A stretch of DNA of 49,575 bases from Malacoraja senta (Eukaryota), in assembly GCA_038087875.1 (NCBI GenBank), contig CM075993.1, positions 12,340,001 to 12,389,575 of the forward strand, written 5' to 3'. Positions 24,998 to 36,182 of this stretch are shown piece by piece. Each line of letters starts with the position of its first letter. The first letter of the stretch is position 1. Below the pieces are notes generated by a model. The model searched no databases. It saw nothing but the letters and a program-made list of their open reading frames with translations, and was not told the origin of the DNA. The position numbers and the translations under genes were made by a program.

Positions 24998-26805
24998 AGA
25001 CACTCCTGATTCATTAATATTCCAGTAATAACTGTAACTGGTAAATACATGGCCTGGCAAACGTACCATAAATTGTATTATCCGTGCCTACTATAAACTT
25101 TGATAATGCCGCAATCTAAATTCTACAGTTGAAAATAAGCAAAATTTGTAACATAGGCTTGTTTCCTGCCTAATTGAAGGTTGGTGCTCTATAATGAGCT
25201 TAATACCACTTCCAATTAAATGCCTAATTAAGAATTAGTGCTCCATATTGACCTTTATAATGCTCTATAATGAGCTACGTACAAATTCCACATAAATGCA
25301 GCCTTAATCCTGCATTCAAATCATGACCATGTGTTCTCATTTAATAATGGAACCCAAATAATCAATAACTGTGTTTGGAAACTGTTTTAGATTTATCTCG
25401 ATGGTTAACAAATCTCCAAAATGAGCTTTATTCTAACACTCATGGTTCTGTTGTAGTCCGAATGTTTCCTACAATCAGAATATGGCAATAGACCATTACC
25501 AAATGGCCCTGAGTCCTTAGTAAAGCAAATATTAAATCCAACTACCTGTCAAATAGTCTCAAGGCTGAGACTAAATATTAATACAATGCTTTAAATTGCC
25601 ATCATTGGCTTATCCAGGTAAAATAGAAAAATCTATTATACCATACACAGTCACATAGTAAAATGCTTACTTGTGAAATTGGCAGCATAACATTAACAAA
25701 TGTTATCCACTGTTTATACTGTACAAAATAGATTTATAATTTGTCAGATCTAGAATAAATCTACACCCACCATCCTTATTTGCTCTCATAACATATTTGG
25801 CATTAATTGATGGTAATGGTGAACTGACCTCTTAATCATCTCCTTCCCACAATATTTCATGTATTGTCTGAATCTACATATTCTCTTATTTTGAGAAAAT
25901 ATGTGTCTGGTTTCAAATACCTTAGTAAGAGAAACCAAATATGGGTAGAACTACATTCTAAACCCCACAATACTATATAGTATAATGTCAATTTGCCATT
26001 TTTTAGCAAGAAATGTAATCTTCCTCAACTTGTAAGTGTAAAACATTTAATATGTTTCTTACAGAACCTGACCTCCTCCTCAGGGTTTGCTTATGGCAAT
26101 TGTTATCCCCTGATCTTAGTGGAATATTATAACTTCCATATAACTCGGGAGGAGTGCGCCTATAACGCACATATGGGAAAGACAGAATTGATACTTTACT
26201 ATCCCCAGTCACCACATATTGGGAGGGAAAACTGCCTTAATTTTATCTGTTAATCACACAGGATCATATCTTTTTTGGCTAGATCTTTCTAAAAACAGAT
26301 TAATAGACAATTTAAATATTAGATGGTGTACAGAGCCCCCAAACTTAGGGTATATATTAGGTTTTATAGCACTTTTATAAAACAATTATTTGAAAGTGCG
26401 CACTACACATGAGTGCTAATTCAACCTTGTTGTGATATAAACACATGCTCTCCATCCACCTTTGGTCAAAAAAGCCTTAACGCCTGACCTGTAATTTCAA
26501 TACCCTCTCCCCCGCTGAGACTTGCTTATCATACTCAATACTGCGGGTTTATTTTTGTAGACAGCTCATACCTGGTTAGAACCTGGAGCTGCTGGGAGAG
26601 TAAGTATTTTATTGACATAGTTTATTTATCTCCCAATGGTTCCCTCATCTTTTTGGAACCACAACTTTAATATATTGTGCCAACTCTGGTCCTTTGGCTC
26701 TGTATTGGGCTCTAGGCCTCATATGATCCGTTTACTTGAATCTTTGTATGAAATAATCCTCCTCATGGAGGAGCGAATTTACATCCTGCTTCGGGTATCT
26801 CTAGC

Positions 26806-27380
26806 GCTGGATCTCCCATAGGCCTATGCATAACAACCCTTCCAGTTGCTCTCCATGCGGGCACTCCTGTAGGCCCATCATAGGCAGCCCTCTTTCAGGT
26901 GCTGCTGGCGCTGGCTCACCTGTAGGCCAACGCTAACTTCCAGATATAGTTGGTGCTGGCTCTCCTGTAGACCAACGTACCTTACCAACCATTTGCTCAC
27001 ACTGGCTCACCTGTAGGCCAGCGCTGAACCGGATTTTTCCCCCAAATATTTCCTATGCTGGCTCTCCCTTTAGGCCAACATTGAGCCGGACCTTATAAAG
27101 CACTCCATGCGCTGGCTCTCCTCTAGGCCAATGCTAAACCTGGACCTCCATCAGGTACCCCTGCACTGGCCCTGTAGGGACAATGTTAAAACAGACCTTC
27201 CCTAGGCACTTCATAAGCTGGCTCTAATTTAGACCAAATAGTTAACCTGGACATTCCCCAGACATTCCCTGCATTGCCCTGCAACTAGGTTTTTAAAATA
27301 TAATAAACCAGTTACCTGACTCAGGCATTCCCTGCATTGCCTTGTAACTAGGTTTTAAATATAACCAACTAGTTACCTGA
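26806..27380. repeat. Degenerate tandem array (~45-56 bp units) in the 5'/ORF1 region of DIRS B
   Basis: Core GCTGGCTCWCCTGTAGGCCAA at 26806, ~26858, 26910, 26955, 27001, 27057, 27111, 27165, 27217, then two ~63 bp units. Confidence 0.85.
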
Positions 27381-28770
27381 AACGGGGATCTCCGGTCTGA
27401 CTTCTTTAACGGCAACCTCTTATCTATGCGATCTATATAGCGCTAAACGGCAGCCGTTTTTTAATTTTAATTTTAATTTTAAAAAAAATTAAATTTAAAT
27501 TTTTTTAAAGGGCGCCCGCTACTCACAGACCCGCGGTCTGTCTGAGCACTCTGCGGTACACCTCCACAATTTCCTTTATTATGACTTGTATTTTATTACT
27601 ACAAGTCTTTTAAATCGCCTAAACTTACCTTCAGGTTTTTTACTTACCGGTTTGGAGGAGCACTGCTCGCTCCAAACATCGGCACTTTGCTATGTGTCTG
27701 TACGATATGACGCGTGTGCGGCTGGGCAGGCTCTTCATGTAGTCACTCACGTGAGTCCGAAGTAAAATTAGTGAGTTATCTCTCTCAATTGTTCAATCCA
27801 CTTTTGGAAGTTTGGGGTTAATTCATCCAGAGAAATCAAGGTTAATGCCACTTACAACAATTGATTATTTTAATTTCACAATTGATTCAATTGACATGGT
27901 AGTAATTTTACCCAGGGTAAAGGGTAGAGCTGATTGATGGTTGCATTAAGCTGTTGAAAAAGCAACAATCTTCAATTAAGACAGGTGGCCAGCTTGCTAG
28001 GAAAATTAGTGTTAATTCCAGCAATACAATATGGGCCATTGCACTACCAGCAGCTACAGACGGCAAAAAGAAAAGGCACTGAAATGGTATCCATCTGTGG
28101 ACAGATGGAATATGGAAGAGGCATTATTTTTTGCAGACATGGAGAATCAACGTTTTACAACTGTTGGGAGGCTTATGAGCTCCAAGCTTGTTGTTAATAC
28201 AACTAATCTGCATGTTCAGCTTCAAATTAACAATACTACAGCAATGGCATGTATTAATCGTATGGGTGGAATTAAGTCGATGACATGTGACAAATTGGCT
28301 AATCAAATCTGGACTTGGTGTGTTGATAAATATTTGGTTTCAGCTATTTATCTACCAGGTAGATTCAATATAGTAGCAGACACCAGGTTATGGGAATTTC
28401 CATGATAACAAAGAATGGATGTTGAATCTTAAGATTTTAATGATATAGTAGTCAGATTTGGGAAGCCAGATACGACTTGTTTCCATCCAGACTCAATCAC
28501 CAGTTACAGAGATATGTGTTATAGGAACTACATCGGGAGACAGTAGCGATTTATGTTTTCTCACTACATTAGGGTGGTATGTTTTTATATGCATTTTCCA
28601 TCATTCTGTCTCATAAACCGGTGTCTGTTTAAAATGAAGCAGGATGCTGCCTCTGGGGTACTGGTGGTACCGGACTGGTCTACGCAGCCATGGTTCCCTT
28701 TGATATTGGAATTAATGACACAGTTTCTGATAAAGGTTCCCAAAAGAAGGTATTTACTGGTGTATCCAAT

Positions 28771-31337
28771 AAATAAATACACCTAACAGTAGTAGTGGAG
28801 TTGGGGATGGCATCAAACAGGAAATTAGAAATGCGTGCAACAAATGTAAAACGGTTATAATGGGTGACTTCAATCTACATATAGATTGGGTGAATCAAAT
28901 TGGCAGAGGTGCTGAGGAAGAGGATTTCTTGGAATGTATGCGTGATGGTTTTCTAAATCAACATGTAGAGGAACCAACGAGAGAGCAGGCTATTCTAGAC
29001 TGGGTATTGAGTAATGAGGAAGGGTTAGTTAGCAGGCTTGTTGTGCGTGGCCCCTTGGGCAAGAGTGACCATAATATGGTTGAGTTCTTCATTAGGATGG
29101 AGAGTGACATAATTAATTCAGAAACAAGGGTTCTGAACTTAAAGAAAGGTAACTTTGAGGGTATGAGACGTGAATTGGCCAAGATAGACTGGCAATTGAT
29201 TCCTAAAGGGTTGACGGTGGATATGCAATGGAAGGCTGCATGGATAAACTACAACAATTGTTCATCCCAGTTTGGCAAAAGAATAAATCAGGGAAGTTAG
29301 TGCATCTGTGGATAACAAGGGAAATCAGGGATAGTATCAAAACAAAAGATGAAGCATACAAATTAGCCAGAAAATGCAGGCTACCAGAGGACTGGGAGAA
29401 ATTCAGTCCAGCAGAGGAGGACAAAGGGTTTAATTAGGAAAGGGGATATAGATTATGAAAGAAAACTGGCAGGGAACATAAAAACTGACTGCAAAAGTTT
29501 TTATGGATATGTCAAGAGAAAAAGATTAGTTAAAACAAATGTAGGTCCCTTGCAGTTAGAAACAGGCGAACTGATCATTGGGAACAAGGACATGGCAGAC
29601 CAATTGAATAACTACTTTGGTTCTGTCTTCACTAAGGAAGACTTAATTAATCTGCTGGAAATAGCAGGGGACCGGGGGTCAAATGAGATGGAGGAATTGA
29701 GGGAAATCCAGGTTAGCCGGGAAGTGGTGTTAGGTTAATTGAATGGATTAAAGGCCGATAAATCCCCAGGGCCAGATAGGCTGCAACCCAGAGTACATAA
29801 GGAAGTAGCCCCAGAAATAGTGGATGCATTAGTGATAATTTTTCAAAACTCTTTAGATTCTGGATTAGTTCCTGATGATCGGAGGGTAGCTAATGTAACC
29901 CCACTTTTTAAAAAGGGAGGGAGAGAGAAAATGGGGAATTATAGACCAGTTAGTCTAACATCGGTAGTGGGGAAACTGCTAGTCAGTTATTAAAGATGGG
30001 ATAGCAACACATTTGGAAAATGGTGAAATCATTGCACAAAGTCAGCATGGATTCATCATGTCTGACGAATCTTAAAGCATTTTTCGAGGATGTAACTAGT
30101 AGAGTGGATAAGGGAGAACCAGTGGATGTGGTATATCTGGACTTTCAGAAGGCTTTCGACAACATCCCACATAAGAGATTAATATACAAACTTAAAGCAC
30201 ACGGTATTGGGGGTTCAGTATTGATGTGGATAGAGAACTGGCTGGCAGACAGGAACCAAAGAGTAGGAGTAAACGGGTCCTTTTCAGAATGGCAGGCAGT
30301 GACTAGTGGGGTACCGCAAGGCTCAGTGCTGGGACCTCAGCTATTTACAATATATATTAATGAACTGGATGAGGCAATTGAATGCAACATCTCCAAGTTT
30401 GCGGATGACACAAAGCTGGGGGGCAGTGTTAGCTGTGAGGAGGGTTCTAGGAGGCTGGAAGATGACTTGGATAGGCTGGGTGAGTGGGCAAATACATGGC
30501 AGATGCAGTATACTGTATATAAATGTGAGGTTATCCACTTTGGTGGCAAAAACAGGAAAGTAGACTATTACCTGAATGGTGGCCGATTAGGAAAAGGGGA
30601 GATGCAACGAGACCTGGGTGTCATGGTACACCAGTCATTGAAAGTGGGCATGCAGGTGCTGCAGGCAGTGAAGAAAGCTAATGGTATGTTAGCATTAATA
30701 GCAAAAGGATTTGAGTATAGGAGCAGGGAGGTTCTAATGCAGTTGTATAGGGTCTTGGTGAGACCACACCTGGAGTATTGCGTACAGTTTTGGTCTCCTA
30801 ATCTGAGGAAGGACATTCTTGCCATAGAGGGAGTACAGAGAAGGTTCACCAGACTGATTCCTGGGATGTCAGGAATTTCATATGATTAAAGACTGGATAG
30901 ACTCGGCTTGTACTCGCTGGAATTTAGAAGACTGAGGGGGGATCTTATAGAAACTTACAAAATTCTTAAGGGGTTGGACAGGCTAGATGCAGGAAGATTG
31001 TTCCCGATGTTGGGGGAGTCCAGAACAAGGTCACAGTTTAAGGATAAAGGGGAAATCTTTTAGGACTGAGATGAGAAAACATTTTTTACACAGAGAGTGG
31101 TGAATCACTGGAATTCTCTGCCACAGAATGTAGTTGAGGCCAGTTCATTGGCTATAATTAAGAGGGAGTTAGATGTGGCCCTTGTGGCTAAAGGGATCAG
31201 TGGGTATGGAGAGAAGGCAGGTACAGGATACTGAGTTGGATGATTAGCCATGATCATATTGAATGGCGGTGCAGGCTCGAAGGGCCGAATGGCCTACTCC
31301 TGCACCTATTTTCTATGTTTCTATGTCTATGTTTCTA
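28771..31337 (+). mobile_element. CR1 LINE (partial EN + RT), 5'-truncated, inserted in DIRS A
   Basis: 'MGDFNLHIDW', 'SDHNMVEF', ORF 30020-30889 RT 'KFADDTKL'; TTTCTATG tail. Confidence 0.95.
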
Positions 31338-33074
31338 ATTGGAGAGTAACACCAGTTTTATGCCTGAATGGATCCGTTAATTTGCAGGTTTTAAAAAGAG
31401 GATTGTCTGGGCATACTGTGGACATGCTTACAGCAGTCTGGCGGAAGAGCACTCAAAAGCAGTACATTTGCGAATCTGAGGTTGTGATTCTGTAAATGCT
31501 GCTTTCCCATTATGTAAAGAATGGAAAAAATTTCTGTGTACAAAAGAGTATTGAATGTTGTACGGCACATGTCTCAAATGTCTTCGGTTTTCTCAACACT
31601 CTATTATGAGAGGTTGAGTTATATTGTGCGATTTATTCAGCCAGAAGTACATTGTCCTCGTTTTTTATTGATGGGGTCAGAAAGACATCCTGTTGTGTCT
31701 CGTTCTTTCATTTCCAGATTAATGAAAGGAATTTTAATTCCAGACCTACTAAACCTAGGTATGGCAATCTGGAATATAGAGTGGTTTTAAGCTACTTCAT
31801 CAATGGACTCTTGGTACGATTCTGATTTTGGCCAAATTCAGCATGAAGGTAGTCATGCTTATGGCACTTGTAACAAGCACAGAGAGTGCAGACATTACAA
31901 AAGTTACAGATACACAGGATGGAAATACCTCGGGATAATGTTATGTTTTACATTTATGACCTACTCAAATGAAGTAGGGTCAGGTGTGACAGGATTCAAG
32001 AGTGTTTTATTAGCGTATTCCATGGATCCATGTCTATGTGTTAAGACATATTGGTTGCAATACATTGAGGCTACAAAGGTCTTATGAAATATGAAAACAA
32101 GATTGTTTATCATTCACGAAAAACCATACAAGATAGTGTCAGTTCAGACTATTTCAAGATGGTTAAAACAAGTCTTGGTTGCTGCAGGTGTTAACAGTGA
32201 TGTTTTTACATCCCATTCGATTTAGCAGCAACATCGGCGGCCAGGGCGAAGGAAGTCCCGTCGACCATATTTTCGCAGCCGCCGGGTGATCTAATAAGTT
32301 GGTGTATTGCCAATACGGGGCTGTTTGCAGATACTTTATTAAGTTCTGCTTAAATTCCCCAGGGTTAAAGGGGATACTGTTAATTCTATTATTCAAATAA
32401 ATGAATTACTGCATTTTTTCATGCAAATGTCATTAATGCATTATTGATTATTTCTCATTCCGAGTCAATGCAGTGAGAAGCCGGGATTTGAATCTGCGGC
32501 ATGAAATCACAAAGCTTTAAAGTCTTCACGTGGTCACTCACGTGACTCCGAAGTAAAACAGTAAGATTAAACGAGAACTTACCAGTTTGAAGTTTGATCT
32601 TTATTTTATAAGGAGTTACGTTGGTGATTACGTGCCCACCACGCTCAACCCTCTTTCATAAAGATCAGATGGAAGTTCTAAAATTTACTCGTTTTTACTA
32701 TGTTACTATGTTACTTAATTATTGGTGTTTTGTGATTTCACACCGCTGCTTTGAAGATTGACGCGCAGGCGCCCTGACGGGTCTTCTTCACGTAATCACC
32801 AGCGTAACTCCTCATAAAATAAAGATCAAACTTCAAACTGTTAAGTTCTCGTTTAATCTTACTATTCTCTGCCACAGAAGGTAGTTGAGGCCAGTTCATT
32901 GGCTATATTTAAGAGGGAATTGGATGTGGCCCTTGTGGCTAAAGGGATCAGGGGGTATGGAGAGAAGGCAGGTACAGGATACTGAGTAGGATGATCAGCC
33001 ATGATCATATTGAATGGCTCGATGGGCCAAATGGCCTACTCCTGCACCTATTTTCTATGTTTCTATGTTTCTAT

Positions 33075-33310
33075 TAGCTAGTGGAAGCTGACAACGAAGC
33101 ATACAAAGAACAGGAAGACACTGGTTGGAGAACTCGGATGGGGTAGGATGGAGAGAAAGGGAAAGCAAATGTTACTTGAAGTTAGAAAAGTCGATATAAA
33201 GCTGGGTTGTAAGCTACCCAAGCGAAATGTGAGGTAATGTTCTTCCAATTTGCATTGTGCCTCAATCTGATAGTGGAGGAGGCCCTGGACAGAAACGTCA
33301 GCATGGGAAT
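33075..33310 (-). mobile_element. Penelope 3' end remnant (GIY-YIG C-terminus)
   Basis: Reverse complement resembles 2130-2290 (GGGCCTCCTCCAC...AAATTGGAAGAACA...TTTCGCTTGGGTAGCTTACAACCCAG...GACTTTTCTAACTTCAAGTAA). Confidence 0.8.
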
Positions 33311-33584
33311 ATCAGGCCCGTACGAAGCTTTTCAAAAAGGGGGTGGCATGACAGGATTACAAAAAAATGTATGTGAAATAATGTGCGCGCTGCGCACATC
33401 ACGAGCGCGAAGTGTGAAGTCCCTCTATGTCAGTGTCCAGGGTCCAGGGTCCAGGGCCCGCTTAAGGGTCCTGGAAGCTCAGGGGATTTAGATGCTCTCT
33501 GATGCATTCTGAGCATTTTTGCACCATTTTTATTTTAGAGCATTTTTTCACCAACTTTATGACCAATATTTCAGAAATTAACAG

Positions 33585-33830
33585 GAATCTGAGGTAGCTT
33601 TTTCACACAAAGGGTGGTGGGTGTATGGAACGAGCTGCCAGAGGAGGTAGTTAAGGCTGGGACTATCCTAATGTTTAAGAGACATTTGGACACGTACATG
33701 GATAGGATAGGTTTAGATGGATAAGGGCCAAACGCGTGTGAGTGAGACTAGTGTAGATGGGACATGTTGGTCAGTGTGGGCAAGTTGGGCTGAAGGGCCT
33801 GTTTCCACACTGCATCACTCTATGACTAAA
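33585..33830 (+). mobile_element. CR1 3' fragment
   Basis: Matches 35935-36182. Confidence 0.85.
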
Positions 33831-33974
33831 AAGTTAAGAAGAAAAATGCATGTAGATAAGTAGAGCAGATTGGACGGAGGAGTGAAATGTAAAGGCAGAG
33901 AGAGGTTTATGGTTGGAAAGGAACATAGGAAAGGAGGGGGGAGGGTGGGCTTGGGCAGATGGGTGAAGGGAAAA

Positions 33975-34198
33975 TAGACACAAAGTGCTGGAGTAACTCA
34001 GCGGGTCAGGCAGCATCTGTGGAGAACATGGATAGGTGACGTTTCACACAGTGCTGGAGTAACTCAGCAGGTCAGGCAGCATCTCTGGAGAACATGGATA
34101 GGTGACATGTCACAGAGTGCTGGAGTAACTCAGTGGGTCAGGCAGCATCTCTGGAGAAAAGGTATAGATTATATTTCGGGTTATGACCCTTCTTCAGT
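33975..34198 (-). repeat. Three tandem 66-bp Penelope-tail units ending in a hammerhead-like core
   Basis: GTGCTGGAGTAACTCAG at 33985, 34051, 34117; reverse complement CTGAAGAAGGGTCATAACCCGAAA at 34174-34197. Confidence 0.85.
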
Positions 34199-34374
34199 TA
34201 TATGCATGATGTGACATGCATAGACATTCCTGAATGTTACCGAAACCATCGTGAGCTACTTTGTGACGGTGCTTGCCCTCTCCTATAATGTCTCTGCTGC
34301 CTTGGGTGATGCAGTTACAGGACACAAGCTTTGGGACCCGGTGTGAAGTTGTTGCCGTCTGTCCCAGCTTGGTA

Positions 34375-36182
34375 AAAGCTGGATGGAGTGGATGTGGAGA
34401 GGATGTTTCCACTAGTGGGAGAGTCTAGGACCAGTAGCCACAGCCTCAGAATTAAAAGATGTTCCTTTAGGAAAGAGATGAGCAGGAATTTCTTAAGTCA
34501 GAGAGGGTGGTGAACTGTGGAATTCATTGCCACAGACAGCTATGGAGGCCAAGCCAATGGACATTTTTCAGGAGGAGATTGATAGATTCTTGATTGATAC
34601 GGGTGTCAGGGGTAATGGGGAGAAGGCAGGAGAGGGAAAGATAGATAGTCATAGAGTGATACAGTGTGGAAACAGGTCCTCCTGCCCAGCATGTCCTATC
34701 TACACTAGTCCCATCTGCCCGCGTTTGATCCATATCCCTCCAAACCTGTCCATCCATTTACCTGTCTAACTGTTTCTTAAATGTTGCGATAGTCCCTGCC
34801 TCAACTACCTCCTCCGGCAGCTTGTTCCATACACCCACCACCCTTTGTGTGAAAAGATACCCCTCAGATTCCTATTAAATCTTTTCCGCTTCACCTTAAA
34901 CCTATGTCCTCTGCTCCTCGATTCACCTACTCTGGGCAAAAGACTGATCTATTCAAATCATGATTTTATACACCTCTATTAGATCACCCCTCATCCTCCT
35001 ATGCTCCATGAAATAGTCCCAGCCTACTCAACCTCCCTATAGCTCAGGCCCTCTAGTCCTGGCAACATCCTCGTAAATCTTCTCTGTACACTTTCCAGTT
35101 TGATGAAATCTTTCCTATAACATGGTGCCCAGAACTGAACACAATACTCTAAATGCAACCTCACCAACTTATACAACTGCAACGTGACCTCCCAACATCT
35201 ATACTCAGCCTGACCCACTGAGTTACTCCAGCACTCTATGAAAAGTCACAGAACAGGGCAAGATTAGCAAGTTTGCTGATGATACAAAAGTTATTGTTTT
35301 GCAGATAGTGAAGATGGTTGTGAACGATTGCAGCAGGATCTGGATCGATTGGCCAGGTGGGCGGAGAAATGGTTGATTGATTTTAATAGATAGAAGTGTG
35401 AGGTGTTGCATTTTGGGATGTCGAACAAGGGCAGGATCTACACAGTAAATGGTAGGCCTCTGGGTAGTGTTGTAGAGCAGAGGGATCCAGGAGTACAGGT
35501 GCATGGTTCCTTGAAGGTCGAGTCGCAGGTAGATCAGCTGATCAAAAGGTCTTTTGGCACTTTGGCCTTCATCAGTCAGAGTATTGAGTATAGAAGTTGG
35601 GGGGTCATGTTGCAGTTGTATGAGACGTTGGTGAGTCCGCATATAGTATATTGTATTCAGTTCTGGGCACCATGTTATAGGAAAGATGTCAAACTGGAAA
35701 GGGTACAGAAAAGATTTATGAGGATGTTGGCAGGACTAGAGGGTGTGAGCCCTCGGGAGAGGTTGAGTAGGCTGGGACTCTATTCCATGGAGCACAGGAG
35801 GATGAGGGGAGATCTTATAGAGGTGTACAAAATCATTAGAATAGATCGGGTAGATGCATAGAATCTTTTGCCCAGAGTAGGGGAATCGAGGACCAGAGAA
35901 CATAGGTTCAAGGTGAAGGGGAAAAGATATTATAGGAATCCGAGGGGTAACTTTTGCACACAAAGGGTGGTGGGTGTATGGAACGAGCTGCCAGAGGAGG
36001 TAGTTAAGATTGGGACTATCCCATTGTTTAAGAAACAGTTAGACAGGTACATGGATAGGACAGGTTGGGAGGGATATGGACCAAACGCAGGCAAGTGGGA
36101 CTAGTGTAGCTGGGACATTATTAGCCGGTGTGGGCAAGTTGGGCCGGAGAGCCTGCTTCCACACTGTGTCACTCTATGACTC
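34375..36182. mobile_element. Cluster of CR1 fragments (34375-34632 +, 34640-35207 -, 35255-36182 +)
   Basis: RT C-terminal ORFs 35024-35218(-), 35403-35861(+), 35868-36104(+) and CR1 3'UTR similarity. Confidence 0.88.

Larger units (their letters stand above)
22289..27768 (-). mobile_element. Complete but internally decayed DIRS copy B inserted in the RT of DIRS A
   Basis: Right terminus 22289-22400, ICR ~22511-22623, left terminus ~27708-27768; AAT on + at both junctions; remnants of YR, methyltransferase and RT colinear with copy D. Confidence 0.9.
20233..32866 (+). mobile_element. Complete DIRS retrotransposon copy A (degenerate gag, RT/RNase H, methyltransferase, YR) with nested insertions
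   Basis: ITR 20260-20295 identical (36/36) to reverse complement of 32759-32794; ICR ~32523-32634; ATT at both ends; ORF1 from 20417; 'NNTTAMACINRMGG', 'VLVVPDWSTQPWFP'; YR remnants 31400-32350. Confidence 0.93.
19552..33074 (+). mobile_element. CR1 3' portion split by DIRS A (pieces ~19552-20232 and 32867-33074)
   Basis: RT C-terminus open in 19446-20258; host GAATT|CTCTGCCACAGAAG restored on removing DIRS A; TTTCTATG tail. Confidence 0.92.

Noticed and set aside
26806..27270. CRISPR array
   Set aside because: Linkers resemble each other, repeats are degenerate, the array lies inside a eukaryotic DIRS element, and no cas genes are present.
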